A stretch of 64,000 nt of DNA. It comes from an uncultured Spirochaetales bacterium. GTDB lineage: Bacteria; Spirochaetota; Spirochaetia; Sphaerochaetales; Sphaerochaetaceae. The stretch is taken from contig CADBSO010000135.1 of assembly GCA_902797395.1 (NCBI GenBank), positions 2,085 through 66,084 of the forward strand, read 5' to 3'. Shown here piece after piece: positions 7,807 to 17,430 of this stretch (the stretch's first letter is position 1; the number at the start of each line of letters is the position of its first letter). The notes under the pieces are model-generated. The model searched no databases. It was not told the DNA's origin and saw only the letters and a list, made by a program, of their open reading frames with translations. A program made the translations under genes and the position numbers.

Positions 7807-9270
7807 TCAACCTCCTGCGCAAGCAGTCTGCCTCAGCGTCCTGCCCTCCCTGATGCGATACATTATTCCAAGAATCTGTATGGATATTATCGGCGCAATG
7901 GCGATCAAGCCTATCACTCCGAAACCAGAGTCGCCTGTCTTAGTGCCGCCCGAAATGAAGCTCAATATGAATGATGCGCTCATCGGACCGGACGCAACTC
8001 CTCCGGAATCAAATGCCAAAGATGTGAAAAGCGGAGGACAAAAGGCGCTCAAAACCAAAGACAATCCTATTCCGGCATATACGAAATACAGATAGCTTAT
8101 TGCAAAATACACTCTTATCGCAGCCAGAAAAACGGACATCGAAACGCCAAAGCACAAGAATATCAAAACCGTTCTGCGCCGTATTCTGCCGCTTGTAGCC
8201 TCTTCAACCTGATCGGTGAGAACCCACACCGCAGGCTCCGAAGCCACCGTAAAAAGCCCTATCAGAAAAGCGACAAAAGATGTCACATACCATGGCTGGA
8301 AATTAAAAAGCTGATAGCCTATGCTTCTTCCGACAGGCATGAATCCGTATTCCGCTCCAGCCAGAAAAACAACTATGCCGACAAAGCTATATAATATGCC
8401 TAACGACACGTTCTTCAATTTTATCCGCGGAAATCTGACAAGAAAGAGTTGAAGCATTGCAATCAGCGCCACAAGCGGCGCGAAGCCTTTGACAGTCCCG
8501 AAAAACTGATCTGAAAACGCAGCGGACAATGAAACAAGGGATTCGGACGCATGCGAAGCCGAAACAGCAGCAGCCCCCTGCGAACCCGCCCCTCTCATAA
8601 GAAGTAAAGCGCCTAAGAGAACAGCCATGACTGGTCCTATGGAGGCTATGCCGGTAAGACCGAATCCGCTGACATCGCCCTTCTTTGACGTCTTGGATAT
8701 TCCAAGCCCCAAAGCGATTATAAACGGAATCGCCAAAGGCCCGGTTGTGGAGCCGGAAGCATCGAATGAAATGCAGGAAGCGGTTTCTCCGACAAACGGA
8801 ATAATGACGAGCACAATGGCATACAGAATCAGAAATGCGATTTTCATTCTGATTTTCCTGAAAATGCAAAACAGCCCTAAAGACAGCAACGCCGCAAGCC
8901 CCGAAGCGATGAGGAGCTTAAGCGTCCCCGAATCGATTCCGAATCCCATGGCTGCCACCTGCGAACACAGAACATTCACATCCGGCTCCGCGAATGTGAC
9001 GCAGAAACCCACAGCAGCACCAAAAACCAGAAGAAGCGGCAGGCTGCGTTTCCGCGACACTCTTTCCCCCAGTTTCTCGCCAATCGGAACAAGTCCGATA
9101 TCGGTTCCGGCAAGGAATATGCTCAGGCCTGAAATCACAAGCGCGGAGCCTATTATCAGCCGCGGCAAGAGACCTCCCAGCGGCGCTATTGTCAAACCTA
9201 TGACCAGGCTTGTCAATGCTATGGGCATAACTGATATGAATGTTTCCTTGAATTTCCTGACCAGTTCCAT
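7807..9270 (-). CDS. Polytopic membrane protein with two DUF1538-type repeats
   Basis: 487 aa, highly hydrophobic. An internal duplication is visible: ...FLAGTDIGLVPIGEKLG...FCVTFAEPDVNVL... and ...FLAGAEYGFMPVGRSIG...FTVASEPAVWVL.... The motif pattern recalls DUF1538. Confidence 0.6.
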   Translation of the reverse strand: MELVRKFKETFISVMPIALTSLVIGLTIAPLGGLLPRLIIGSALVISGLSIFLAGTDIGLVPIGEKLGERVSRKRSLPLLLVFGAAVGFCVTFAEPDVNVLCSQVAAMGFGIDSGTLKLLIASGLAALLSLGLFCIFRKIRMKIAFLILYAIVLVIIPFVGETASCISFDASGSTTGPLAIPFIIALGLGISKTSKKGDVSGFGLTGIASIGPVMAVLLGALLLMRGAGSQGAAAVSASHASESLVSLSAAFSDQFFGTVKGFAPLVALIAMLQLFLVRFPRIKLKNVSLGILYSFVGIVVFLAGAEYGFMPVGRSIGYQLFNFQPWYVTSFVAFLIGLFTVASEPAVWVLTDQVEEATSGRIRRRTVLIFLCFGVSMSVFLAAIRVYFAISYLYFVYAGIGLSLVLSAFCPPLFTSLAFDSGGVASGPMSASFILSFISGGTKTGDSGFGVIGLIAIAPIISIQILGIMYRIREGRTLRQTACAGG

Positions 9271-9280
9271 TCCGCGCCGC

Positions 9281-10189
9281 CTATTGCTGCTGGATCCTCA
9301 CCGAACGGACATCAATCGGGCGGGCGGTTTTAAGAAGCTGCCTGAATTGCTCTATGTTCTCGGAATTGACAAGAACCAACCCATCCACATTTATATCCTC
9401 GAATCTGGTTCCGGATATGCTGTTCAAATAAGCTTTCAAGCCTTCCAAATCATACTTGGCTTCGGAATTCAGCTTGTTTCGAACATAAACCGTAATATTC
9501 ATCTGATTCTCCTTCTTCTCCTTTGTAATCCTCACAACTTCCAAGTTCTCCACTTTCTGCTGCACCATGCCTGTAAGTATGATTTCCATTTCGCTGTCGG
9601 AATAAGCCGCAGACATGTTTCGGCTGAATTTGGGGGATACGAGCGTCTTTGTCGTGAGAAACGCCTCATCTATGAGAACCTTGTCATCGAATTCGCTGAT
9701 GTATTTTTTCAGCTCTATATAAGGAAGCGGTATTATGTGCTTTCCCTGAGTATCCCTCATTCTATGCGAATACTCTATCTCCTCCTTGGATCTTATATCC
9801 TCTATCATTATGAACTTGCAAGGATTCGGGAGATACAAGTTGTCGCAAATGCGGCCTATCATCTTCTTGCTGGTTCCGAGTATCAATATCCTGGGCGCAT
9901 ACTGCATGTCAATCTGTTTTGTGACTTCGCTCCTATGCTTGTTATAGAAGAATATGGCGCGTTTCACCGCCATCATCTCGCTGCTCTCCTGTTTCGCGCT
10001 GCAGCCCGCCAGGACATGATCGTTCTTTATAAGCAATCCGTCGTCGATTATGAGGTCGATATCATACCTTTTGACCAGAATATCAACCGAGTAGCTCTTT
10101 CCACTTCCGGAGCTACCGACAAGCGCGAACACTTTCGTATCATTGAACTTATGAAGAAAATGCTTTTTCACATTCCTGAAAAATCCCAT
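9281..10189 (-). CDS. P-loop NTPase of unknown function with Asp23-like C-terminal region
   Basis: I chose the start at MGFFRNVKK (ATG 10189-10187, TGATATG junction with the dinG stop). The ORF track extends the ORF to 10243. Walker A is LVGSSGSGKSY. The C-terminal about 90 aa (VVRITKEKKENQMNITVYVRNKLNSEAKYDLEGLKAYLNSISG) loosely resembles Asp23/Gls24 proteins. Confidence 0.5.
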   Translation of the reverse strand: MGFFRNVKKHFLHKFNDTKVFALVGSSGSGKSYSVDILVKRYDIDLIIDDGLLIKNDHVLAGCSAKQESSEMMAVKRAIFFYNKHRSEVTKQIDMQYAPRILILGTSKKMIGRICDNLYLPNPCKFIMIEDIRSKEEIEYSHRMRDTQGKHIIPLPYIELKKYISEFDDKVLIDEAFLTTKTLVSPKFSRNMSAAYSDSEMEIILTGMVQQKVENLEVVRITKEKKENQMNITVYVRNKLNSEAKYDLEGLKAYLNSISGTRFEDINVDGLVLVNSENIEQFRQLLKTARPIDVRSVRIQQQ

Positions 10190-10190
10190 A

Positions 10191-12515
10191 TCAGGCCCCT
10201 TTCTCCGCAGACTCCCCATCAGGCGCGGACGCCCCATCCGCAAAAAAATCGCGTATGAGCGACAGGGAGTGCTCCATATCAGCGGTTACGGTGTTCCCCA
10301 TATAAAGAGCGTTCAGAATCATCCTGCCATACGGTTTGCCATCAGTCAGACGCGTGTCAAGAAGAATGGCTACGCCCTTATCCTTTTTCGTTCTGAGCAA
10401 ACGGCCGATCCCCTGTCTCATCCTTATCACGGACGATGGAATGTCTATGCTCATGAAAGCTCGCCCTCCGCTCTTCTTTAGGAATTCGCCCTGCTGCTTG
10501 CCAAGCACGCTGGGAACGCGAAACGGAATCTTATGTATGATAAGCAGCTGAAGCGTATCACCAGGAAAATCCACCCCCTCCCAAAATGAAGATGTGGCAA
10601 ACAGCGAAGTCTTCTCATTTTCCCTGAATTTGCGCATGAGATCCTTGGAGAACGTGCCTCTGCTCTGCATCAGCAGCTCCAAATCATCATTAAGCAGCTT
10701 GTTTTCCGTTATGTATTCGCCTAAATTCCTCAAAGCCGCATACGATGAGAACAAACATAAGGTTCTCCCGTTCGCAATATTTATGGCTTCCGCTATGAAA
10801 ACGGCAGCCTTGCGCATTTCCTCAGAGTCTCCGTCCTTGCTGGTATCCAATCCTTCCACGGCTATCTCAACCATATTATGAGCATAATCGAAAACCGGAT
10901 CAAGCGAAAAACAACCAACTGATTCATCCTTATCAAGGCCCGAAAAATTCCTGAAGTACCTGAATCTGTCATTCGCGTTGAGAGTTGCGGATGTGAAAAC
11001 CAGCCCTTTCATCCTGGAATACAGCAAACTCCCAAGAGCCTTGCCGGCGAAGATCGGAACCGCGCTTATTTCAATCATAGCATCATCCGAATGAAGCATC
11101 ATATCGGAAAACGCATAGCCCTTTGACGAATCGCGCCTTACAGTAGCCACGCAGGCATATGGAATCGGCGGATCCGAATCAGTCATGCGGCCTTCCAGAA
11201 TAATCGAAACCACATCGCTCTGCGAAGATACGTCGTTCATGATCATCCTGGCCTGAAAAATCTCATCCTCGTTGTTTTTTGACGGTTTTGGATTGAAAGA
11301 CTTCAACAGATCCCTCAAAGATGCCACATATGCTTCGGCAGCGTGCCGGCAGTCCTCAGTGAAAAAACCCGCGCTCAAATCAATCTCATCCCTTCTTTCC
11401 CTAAGGGATTTGGCGAAATCGTCCTCTATGCTAAGCGCAAACGAGGAATTGAAATTGTTGAAATCCTTTTGCAGCCTATCGGCTTTTTCCATCACCTCAG
11501 ACAACTGATCGGATGTAAAATCGTTAGGCGACGCCTCGCAAAGCCTCGCGAAAACATTATCGCTCTTTCTCATCATGGCCTGCAAATGACGTTTTATCTC
11601 ATTAAACGAAAAACGCCCTGATAAAGCGCTTTCACAATTCCTGCTGATATTATGCGCCTCGTCTATTATGAGATTCTCAAACGGAGGAAGAACATAAAAT
11701 TCCTTCTTCCATGCATCCTCGCCGATAACCTTCTCATCCTGATTCCTGAGCTGTATGTCGGACAGTACCAGCGAATGATTCGTAAGCACTATGTCCGCGG
11801 ATGCGACAGCCCGAACAAGCGATGCGTAATACTTGCAATCCGACTGCTTTCGGCCACATGCCTCAGTAGAACACGATTGGCTATCCGACATGCATACTTC
11901 AGGCCAGATTTCGTTTATAAGCCGAGAGGGCCTGGATATCTCGCTTTTCGCCCCGTACTTGCTGCGCATGCGAAAATCATTCAAAGCCTTTGAGACCGCA
12001 TCCAAATCCTTTTTTGACAGGTTTTTCGACCCGCCGCCGCTTTGAAAGAAATCATCAAGCCTTTTCAAGCACAAGTAGTTCGCCTTGCCCCGTATTGAAA
12101 CGATTTTCACCCCACTTGAGAACAACTCCGGATTCACAGCCGAAAGCAAGCCGGATATTGCTGACGCATCCTTGGTTTCAAGCTGATCAAGCAACGTATT
12201 GGTATCCGTGGCAATCACCACCTTGCAACCAGTCATCTTGCTGTAATATAGAGCGGGAACAAGATAAGCAAAGCTCTTGCCTACGCCCGTAGGCGCCTCT
12301 ATGACCACATGCTTGCCGTTGAAAAGAGCGTCGGAAACAAGTCTGGCCATGTCCTCCTGGGATTTGCGGTATTCGAAGCTTATGCTGGAAATGCGGCTTA
12401 TCTTTCCATTCTCCGAAAAGAAATCACGGCCGATATCCTCCGTGGAAACGGAAGGCTCCGCAATGCAAGCATCGTTTAAGCCATCGTTTTCAAAGCCGTT
12501 GTCAGCCATTTTCAC
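10191..12515 (-). CDS. dinG: DinG/Rad3-family ATP-dependent DNA helicase with Fe-S cluster domain
   Basis: 774 aa. Walker A is EAPTGVGKSFAYLVP and the DEAH box is IIDEAHNI. A four-Cys cluster is present (CMSDSQSCSTEACGRKQSDC). The C-terminal helicase motif is GIGRLLR. Confidence 0.85.
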   Translation of the reverse strand: MKMADNGFENDGLNDACIAEPSVSTEDIGRDFFSENGKISRISSISFEYRKSQEDMARLVSDALFNGKHVVIEAPTGVGKSFAYLVPALYYSKMTGCKVVIATDTNTLLDQLETKDASAISGLLSAVNPELFSSGVKIVSIRGKANYLCLKRLDDFFQSGGGSKNLSKKDLDAVSKALNDFRMRSKYGAKSEISRPSRLINEIWPEVCMSDSQSCSTEACGRKQSDCKYYASLVRAVASADIVLTNHSLVLSDIQLRNQDEKVIGEDAWKKEFYVLPPFENLIIDEAHNISRNCESALSGRFSFNEIKRHLQAMMRKSDNVFARLCEASPNDFTSDQLSEVMEKADRLQKDFNNFNSSFALSIEDDFAKSLRERRDEIDLSAGFFTEDCRHAAEAYVASLRDLLKSFNPKPSKNNEDEIFQARMIMNDVSSQSDVVSIILEGRMTDSDPPIPYACVATVRRDSSKGYAFSDMMLHSDDAMIEISAVPIFAGKALGSLLYSRMKGLVFTSATLNANDRFRYFRNFSGLDKDESVGCFSLDPVFDYAHNMVEIAVEGLDTSKDGDSEEMRKAAVFIAEAINIANGRTLCLFSSYAALRNLGEYITENKLLNDDLELLMQSRGTFSKDLMRKFRENEKTSLFATSSFWEGVDFPGDTLQLLIIHKIPFRVPSVLGKQQGEFLKKSGGRAFMSIDIPSSVIRMRQGIGRLLRTKKDKGVAILLDTRLTDGKPYGRMILNALYMGNTVTADMEHSLSLIRDFFADGASAPDGESAEKGA

Positions 12516-14061
12516 TCTTCACTCTGCTCAGCAGCGTCTTTCTGTTTATTCCAAGCATCTTAGCCACCTTTGATTTGTTGTTCCTGTTCCGCCTTAAAAG
12601 CTCATTGATTATCTGGGATTCCATCTCCTGCATGGTGCCAACCCGAACCGATATGCTGTCATCTGCGGAACCATTCCCCTCACCTCCAGTAGCGCCGATA
12701 TCACGACTCCCCAAAGATTCAAAGCTTCCATCACCATCCGCGCTTCCGGCATCATCAGGATTCCACCTCTGCCCGAACGCTTGGGAATTTCCGCCGTTCA
12801 AAGATGAAAACTCTGCGCTCCTTCTTGTGCTGCGATGCGAAACCATGGCTTCGGAAGCGGCCTTGAGTATCTTGAAAGGCAAGTCGTCAAATGATATTTC
12901 CTCGGATTTTGACATCACAACCAGCCTCTCCATAACGTTCTCAAGCTCCCTCACATTCCCCGGCCACGAATATGCGCACAACGCATTCATGGCTTCGCTT
13001 GAAATCGATACGCCCCTTTCGCCGTGATATTCCCTTGAAAACTTGCGCAGGAACTTATTGCACAAGAAGGGTATATCGCTCTCACGATCGCGCAATGACG
13101 GAACAACGATGTTCATTTTATTGATTCTGTAATACAAGTCCTCGCGGAAATTCCCCTTGCGGATCTCCTCTTCCAGATCCCTGTTCGTAGCGCAAATCAA
13201 TCTGAAATCGCTCTCGCGCTCCCTATCGCTTCCCAAGGGCAGGAACCTATGCTCCTCTATGACTTTCAATAGCTTGACTTGCGTGGAAAGCGGGATTTCA
13301 CCTATCTCATCGAGAAAAAGCGTTCCGCCATTCGCCTTTTCGAATATGCCCTTCTTTCTGGAAGTCGCGCCTGTGTACGCGCCTTTCTCATGACCGAACA
13401 ACTCATCCTCAAGAAGGGTCTGCGAGAACGAAGCGCAATGCGCATCCACAAACACGGAATCCTTGCGAAGGGAATTCCTATGTATGCTTTCGGCAACAAC
13501 CTGCTTTCCGACTCCGGATTCGCCGGTGATCAGAATGCTCAAATTCGTAGGCGCAACCTGCAATATGACCTTGGACAACTGCAATGATGCTGGGGATTTG
13601 CCCAAAAGATCGGACAAATCGCTCTTCTGCTCGCGCTCCTGAAGCTTTTCCTTAAGAAGATCCCTCTCCTCAGCCAGTTTTGAGCTCTCGTGCAAGTTGT
13701 CGATCATGTTCGCAAGCTGCGCGACATCAACCGGCTTCAATATGAAGTTCTTTGCTCCCAAAGCACGAACAGTCCGGTTCTCATTGTCCCCGCCATGAGC
13801 CGTCATCACTATGGAAGGGATCTCAGGATAAAGCGCATGCGCCTCGCGAAGAAAGGCGATGCCGTCCATGTTCGGCATGATAAGATCGGTGACTATCACA
13901 TCATACGAATCCTTTCCAAGCGCATCAAGACCCTGCAAGCCGTCATAAGCGACAGTGCAAGCGCAATCATAATCCTCAAGGATCATGGATATCCCGTCTA
14001 TGAAATTCTTTTCGTCATCAACCAGAAGAACGCGAATCATGTCAATGCCGGCGCCTCTCAA
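12502..14061 (-). CDS. Sigma54-dependent response regulator (NtrC-family enhancer-binding protein)
   Basis: The receiver domain reads VLLVDDEKNF...DVIVTDLIMPNMDG. The AAA+ sigma54-interaction domain has GESGVGKQ, GAYTGA (a GAFTGA variant) and PGNVRELEN. A Fis-type HTH follows (KSKVAKMLGINRKTLLSRVK). The ATG overlaps the thyX stop (ATGA), and an alternative start is at 14040. Confidence 0.9.
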   Translation of the reverse strand: MRGAGIDMIRVLLVDDEKNFIDGISMILEDYDCACTVAYDGLQGLDALGKDSYDVIVTDLIMPNMDGIAFLREAHALYPEIPSIVMTAHGGDNENRTVRALGAKNFILKPVDVAQLANMIDNLHESSKLAEERDLLKEKLQEREQKSDLSDLLGKSPASLQLSKVILQVAPTNLSILITGESGVGKQVVAESIHRNSLRKDSVFVDAHCASFSQTLLEDELFGHEKGAYTGATSRKKGIFEKANGGTLFLDEIGEIPLSTQVKLLKVIEEHRFLPLGSDRERESDFRLICATNRDLEEEIRKGNFREDLYYRINKMNIVVPSLRDRESDIPFLCNKFLRKFSREYHGERGVSISSEAMNALCAYSWPGNVRELENVMERLVVMSKSEEISFDDLPFKILKAASEAMVSHRSTRRSAEFSSLNGGNSQAFGQRWNPDDAGSADGDGSFESLGSRDIGATGGEGNGSADDSISVRVGTMQEMESQIINELLRRNRNNKSKVAKMLGINRKTLLSRVKSENG

Positions 14062-14873
14062 CTCACGCCTAACTTCTCCTTCAGTATCTTCAAATCCCTC
14101 TCGTCCGCTTTAACAGCCGAAAAATCCATTCCATCCCTTACAATACCAATCTCCTTCTGGGAAATCCTTATGGATTTTAGATTGTGATTGACAAAACTTT
14201 CAGTCGCCATAGGACAGATCTCCCTCACAAAGCCAAGTATCACTTCCGCATACTTCCTGATCTCAAGCTGAGCATGCGGATGAAGTCTGAGTTTGAGGAA
14301 ATGGAAAAGATTATGAAGATCCATCTGCCAATAGAATTCGGTATAAACTGAAAGAGGAAGGACAATCCTTGCGATTTCCTTTGAAAGCCCTGATTCAAGA
14401 AGCTCCTCGTACCCATCTCTTAAGACATCATAGCACTTCGAAATGACGGACCTGACCTTGGCCGCATCTTCTTCGGACATCACCTTGCCTCTGCCTTGCT
14501 TGTTGCTTTCGCTCTGGTAATTGATGTCCTCGGCATCAGGCATATAGAAATCCGCATCAAGCACGCTGTATCTGCCCGAAACCTCATTCATCCTGGCCGT
14601 CCTATGCCTAACCCATTGCCTTGCGACAAATATGGGCATCTTCAGGCGAAACGTGAACACAACCTGCTCGAACGGCGACGTATGCTCATTTCGCATCAGA
14701 TAATCAATAAGAAAACCATCCTGCGATTTCGTTTTGGCGTTCTTATATGAAACCCTGGCCGCATCCGTTATCATGGTATCCGAACCCATATAGTCTATAA
14801 GCTCGACATAACCGTGATCCAAAACCCCGACAGGCTTTTTGACAATATCCTCCTTATTCATCCGACCCTCCAA
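14058..14873 (-). CDS. thyX: Flavin-dependent thymidylate synthase
   Basis: 271 aa with the ThyX signature RHRTARMNEVSGRY (RHR-x7-S-x-RY). Confidence 0.9.
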   Translation of the reverse strand: MEGRMNKEDIVKKPVGVLDHGYVELIDYMGSDTMITDAARVSYKNAKTKSQDGFLIDYLMRNEHTSPFEQVVFTFRLKMPIFVARQWVRHRTARMNEVSGRYSVLDADFYMPDAEDINYQSESNKQGRGKVMSEEDAAKVRSVISKCYDVLRDGYEELLESGLSKEIARIVLPLSVYTEFYWQMDLHNLFHFLKLRLHPHAQLEIRKYAEVILGFVREICPMATESFVNHNLKSIRISQKEIGIVRDGMDFSAVKADERDLKILKEKLGVS

Positions 14874-14886
14874 TTCGCAAACCGCA

Positions 14887-15645
14887 TTAAACGGAAATCC
14901 TGCGCTCGAGCGCCTCGAACGACGCCTTCAAATCACGCAATCTGAAATCCGCAGCCGAATCCATAAACGTATCCGATGCGTTGACGATCGCCAGCTTATG
15001 CCCCGACCTGACAGATAAGCCGGGAAGAGAACCAGCTGGCGAAACCGTAAGAGAGGTGCCAAGCACAAGACACAAGGCCGCACTTGAAAAATCCTCGAAA
15101 GCACTATTCAGAACATCCCCATCAAGCCCCTCTCCGTACAACACTATATCCGGTTTCAACACGCCACCGCACTTGTCGCAATGCGGAACATCGCCTGCGC
15201 GCACGACAGGAGCGACATCATCATATGGAAAATCCTTTCCGCAATTCATGCACCTGTTATGAGCCGGCGATCCATGCAACTCATAAACCTTCCTGCTGCC
15301 AGCGCGTTGATGAAGCATATCTATGTTCTGAGTATATATGGCGCGAATTCTGCCCTGTCTCTCAAGCAAAGACAAACATTCGTGCACCACATTGGGCTTG
15401 TAGTCATCAAGCCTGTACCACACATTCTTGCACCACTCGTAGAAAATCTCGGGATGCTGACGGAAGAACCCGATGCTAAGAATCTCTTCAACCCTCATCC
15501 CCCGAAAATCCTTATCATAGGCGCCGCCAGGCGATCTGAAATCGGGAATTCCGCTGAGAGTGGATATGCCGGCGCCTGTAAGCACAACAATATCGTCGGA
15601 TGATGCCATCGCATCAACAAATGCCGACTCTTCGTCATTAGCCAT
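14887..15645 (-). CDS. cobB: NAD-dependent protein deacylase (Sir2/CobB family)
   Basis: 252 aa. Motifs are GAGISTLSGIPDFRSPGG and QNIDMLHQRAG, plus a Zn ribbon CMNCG...CDKCGG. There are no extra domains. Confidence 0.9.
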   Translation of the reverse strand: MANDEESAFVDAMASSDDIVVLTGAGISTLSGIPDFRSPGGAYDKDFRGMRVEEILSIGFFRQHPEIFYEWCKNVWYRLDDYKPNVVHECLSLLERQGRIRAIYTQNIDMLHQRAGSRKVYELHGSPAHNRCMNCGKDFPYDDVAPVVRAGDVPHCDKCGGVLKPDIVLYGEGLDGDVLNSAFEDFSSAALCLVLGTSLTVSPAGSLPGLSVRSGHKLAIVNASDTFMDSAADFRLRDLKASFEALERRISV

Positions 15646-15663
15646 TAAAAACCTCCGTATCGC

Positions 15664-17286
15664 TCAGCGGGCCTGCGTCTCTATATAAGCCCTGGACCAG
15701 TCATGCTGCCCGCCGCCATTAAGCAACGCCCCCTTCAAGCCTTTTCTGCTCACGACGACCATATCCGAAACATACAGCGGAACTTGAACAACGATATCAG
15801 CATGGTAGCGCTGAAGCTCATGCGACAACTCCATCCTATTCTCCATATCAGGCTCGGAACGAACCTCATCGGTCAGCTTATCGACCTTCGGATCGGAAAG
15901 ATGATGATAATTTGCCGCGCCGCCCGTGTAAAACAAATCGCGATAACACTCGTCTATTCTGCCGATCACATTCCAACTGGTAAGAAAACACTGCGCCTTT
16001 CCTTCCTTGCACTCCGCTTTGAGCGACGCCTCATCGAGAATCTTGAATTCCACATCAACCCCTATCTTCTTCAAGTCGCTGCGAATCATTTCGGCAACAC
16101 GACCGAACGGATCGGACGATGGCACATGCATCACAACCGAAACCCCTTTGGAATACCCGGATTCACCAATAAGCTCGGCCGCCCTTTCAGGATCGTATTT
16201 GTATCCATCAATCTCGGTATTGTCAAGGAAAGACCAATTCCCCCTGTTCAAAACGGAAGTCTGCCACTTTCCCAGACCGCCCAAAGCCTGCATTACTATG
16301 GCGTTCTTGTCAATAGCGCAAGACACTGCCCTTCTGAGGTTGATGTCATCAAACGGCGGACGGGAGACATTAAAGCCCATGTAGAACAACTTGGAGCCAT
16401 CCTTCTGGAATATGTCAACATCATTATTCCACTTAAGCTTCTTCAGGCCCTCCGCAGACAGATCCAGACAAACATCAACCTCGCCGTCAAGAAGCATCCT
16501 AAGCCTTTCCGATGCGTCTGGAACAGGAATGAAAACCATTGTCGGCGCAACACCGGGATCATCACCCCAATATCTCTTGACCCTTTCAAAAACAACCCTC
16601 TTGCCAGGCTCCCACTTCTTGAACACGTATCTTCCGCTTCCAACCAGCCAAGGCTCCTTGTTGTTCGGATCCTCATACGCTTTCCTACTCTGTATGGAGA
16701 GGCTGCGGTCGCTTAACGTATACAAGAAATCATCATCAACTTTTTTCAATGTGATCAGAACCTTGAGCTTGCCGACAACCTCAACTTTCTCCACATTCGC
16801 AAGCGTGCTGCTCCATATGCTTATTGCCGGATCAGCAGACATAGCCCTTTCCAAAGTGAACACTACGTCATCAGGCATCACCGGATTACCAGTCGAAAAC
16901 CTAGCTCGGCCGTCCAAAGCGAGCTCCAAATGAGTCGGATCCAACCATTTCCAGCTCTTAGCCAGCACAGGAATCATCTCCATCTTGTCATGATTCGCTG
17001 CAATAAGCACGCTATGCGTTAGGGCAAAGCAGTTCTGGTTTATCTGGTCATTCTGCAGCAAAAGATCAAGCTGGTTTATGTCCTCGGAGACCGCTATGAC
17101 GAGGGCATCCTCCGCTTCGGTTCTATTATGTCCGAGCGCATCATTCGACTTTTCGGCCAGCTGTCCGGACGAACGATCCTTAGAACCGCCCTTATTGCAT
17201 GAAATCTGAAAAAAAACAGCAAAAACAACAACAAGCAGCGCCATTATGATATGACGCTTTCTAGCAACGACAACGTTATTCCTCAT
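15664..17286 (-). CDS. ABC-transporter solute-binding lipoprotein, family 5 (Opp/Dpp/Nik-like)
   Basis: The ORF track gives 15664..17349. I prefer the start at MRNNVVV (17286), which gives the signal peptide/lipobox ...VFAVFFQISC. Length and sequence style fit SBP_bac_5. No permease or ATPase genes are adjacent. Confidence 0.75.
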   Translation of the reverse strand: MRNNVVVARKRHIIMALLVVVFAVFFQISCNKGGSKDRSSGQLAEKSNDALGHNRTEAEDALVIAVSEDINQLDLLLQNDQINQNCFALTHSVLIAANHDKMEMIPVLAKSWKWLDPTHLELALDGRARFSTGNPVMPDDVVFTLERAMSADPAISIWSSTLANVEKVEVVGKLKVLITLKKVDDDFLYTLSDRSLSIQSRKAYEDPNNKEPWLVGSGRYVFKKWEPGKRVVFERVKRYWGDDPGVAPTMVFIPVPDASERLRMLLDGEVDVCLDLSAEGLKKLKWNNDVDIFQKDGSKLFYMGFNVSRPPFDDINLRRAVSCAIDKNAIVMQALGGLGKWQTSVLNRGNWSFLDNTEIDGYKYDPERAAELIGESGYSKGVSVVMHVPSSDPFGRVAEMIRSDLKKIGVDVEFKILDEASLKAECKEGKAQCFLTSWNVIGRIDECYRDLFYTGGAANYHHLSDPKVDKLTDEVRSEPDMENRMELSHELQRYHADIVVQVPLYVSDMVVVSRKGLKGALLNGGGQHDWSRAYIETQAR

Positions 17287-17430
17287 AAGGCTTATGATTA
17301 TACAACAATACCCCATTTTTTCAAGGGCGCCTCTGAAGATCGGATGCATAAGACGACTGCGAATCCGCGAGGCAAAAAACGATTCCCCTTTTCAGAAATA
17401 AGAGACGGTTTTTCAAAACTCCTTATTTTG

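Noticed and set aside
8627-10258. A 543-aa plus-strand ORF, the longest unexplained ORF in the track.
   Set aside because: It runs antisense across two well-supported minus-strand genes (DUF1538 protein and P-loop protein) and the gap between them. Its translation is low-information (Pro/Ser/Ile/Leu-rich junk with no motif). It has no RBS-like context. It looks like a shadow ORF of strongly codon-biased genes.
14887-15645. The Sir2-domain protein as a defence effector (Thoeris/DSR-like NADase).
   Set aside because: It is a 252-aa stand-alone canonical CobB with an intact Zn ribbon and deacylase motifs. It has no fused sensor domain and sits in a housekeeping operon context.
15703-16716. A long antisense ORF of 337 aa. 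Similar ones occur at 34950-35903 (317 aa), 41579-42601 (340 aa), 56111-57034 (307 aa), 512-1267 and 1264-1959.
   Set aside because: Each lies fully opposite a gene with clear family motifs (SBP, ymdB/smc, PRT/folC, glyQS, McrBC), and none has a recognisable domain. Their number suggests codon-usage-driven stop depletion on the antisense strand rather than real genes.
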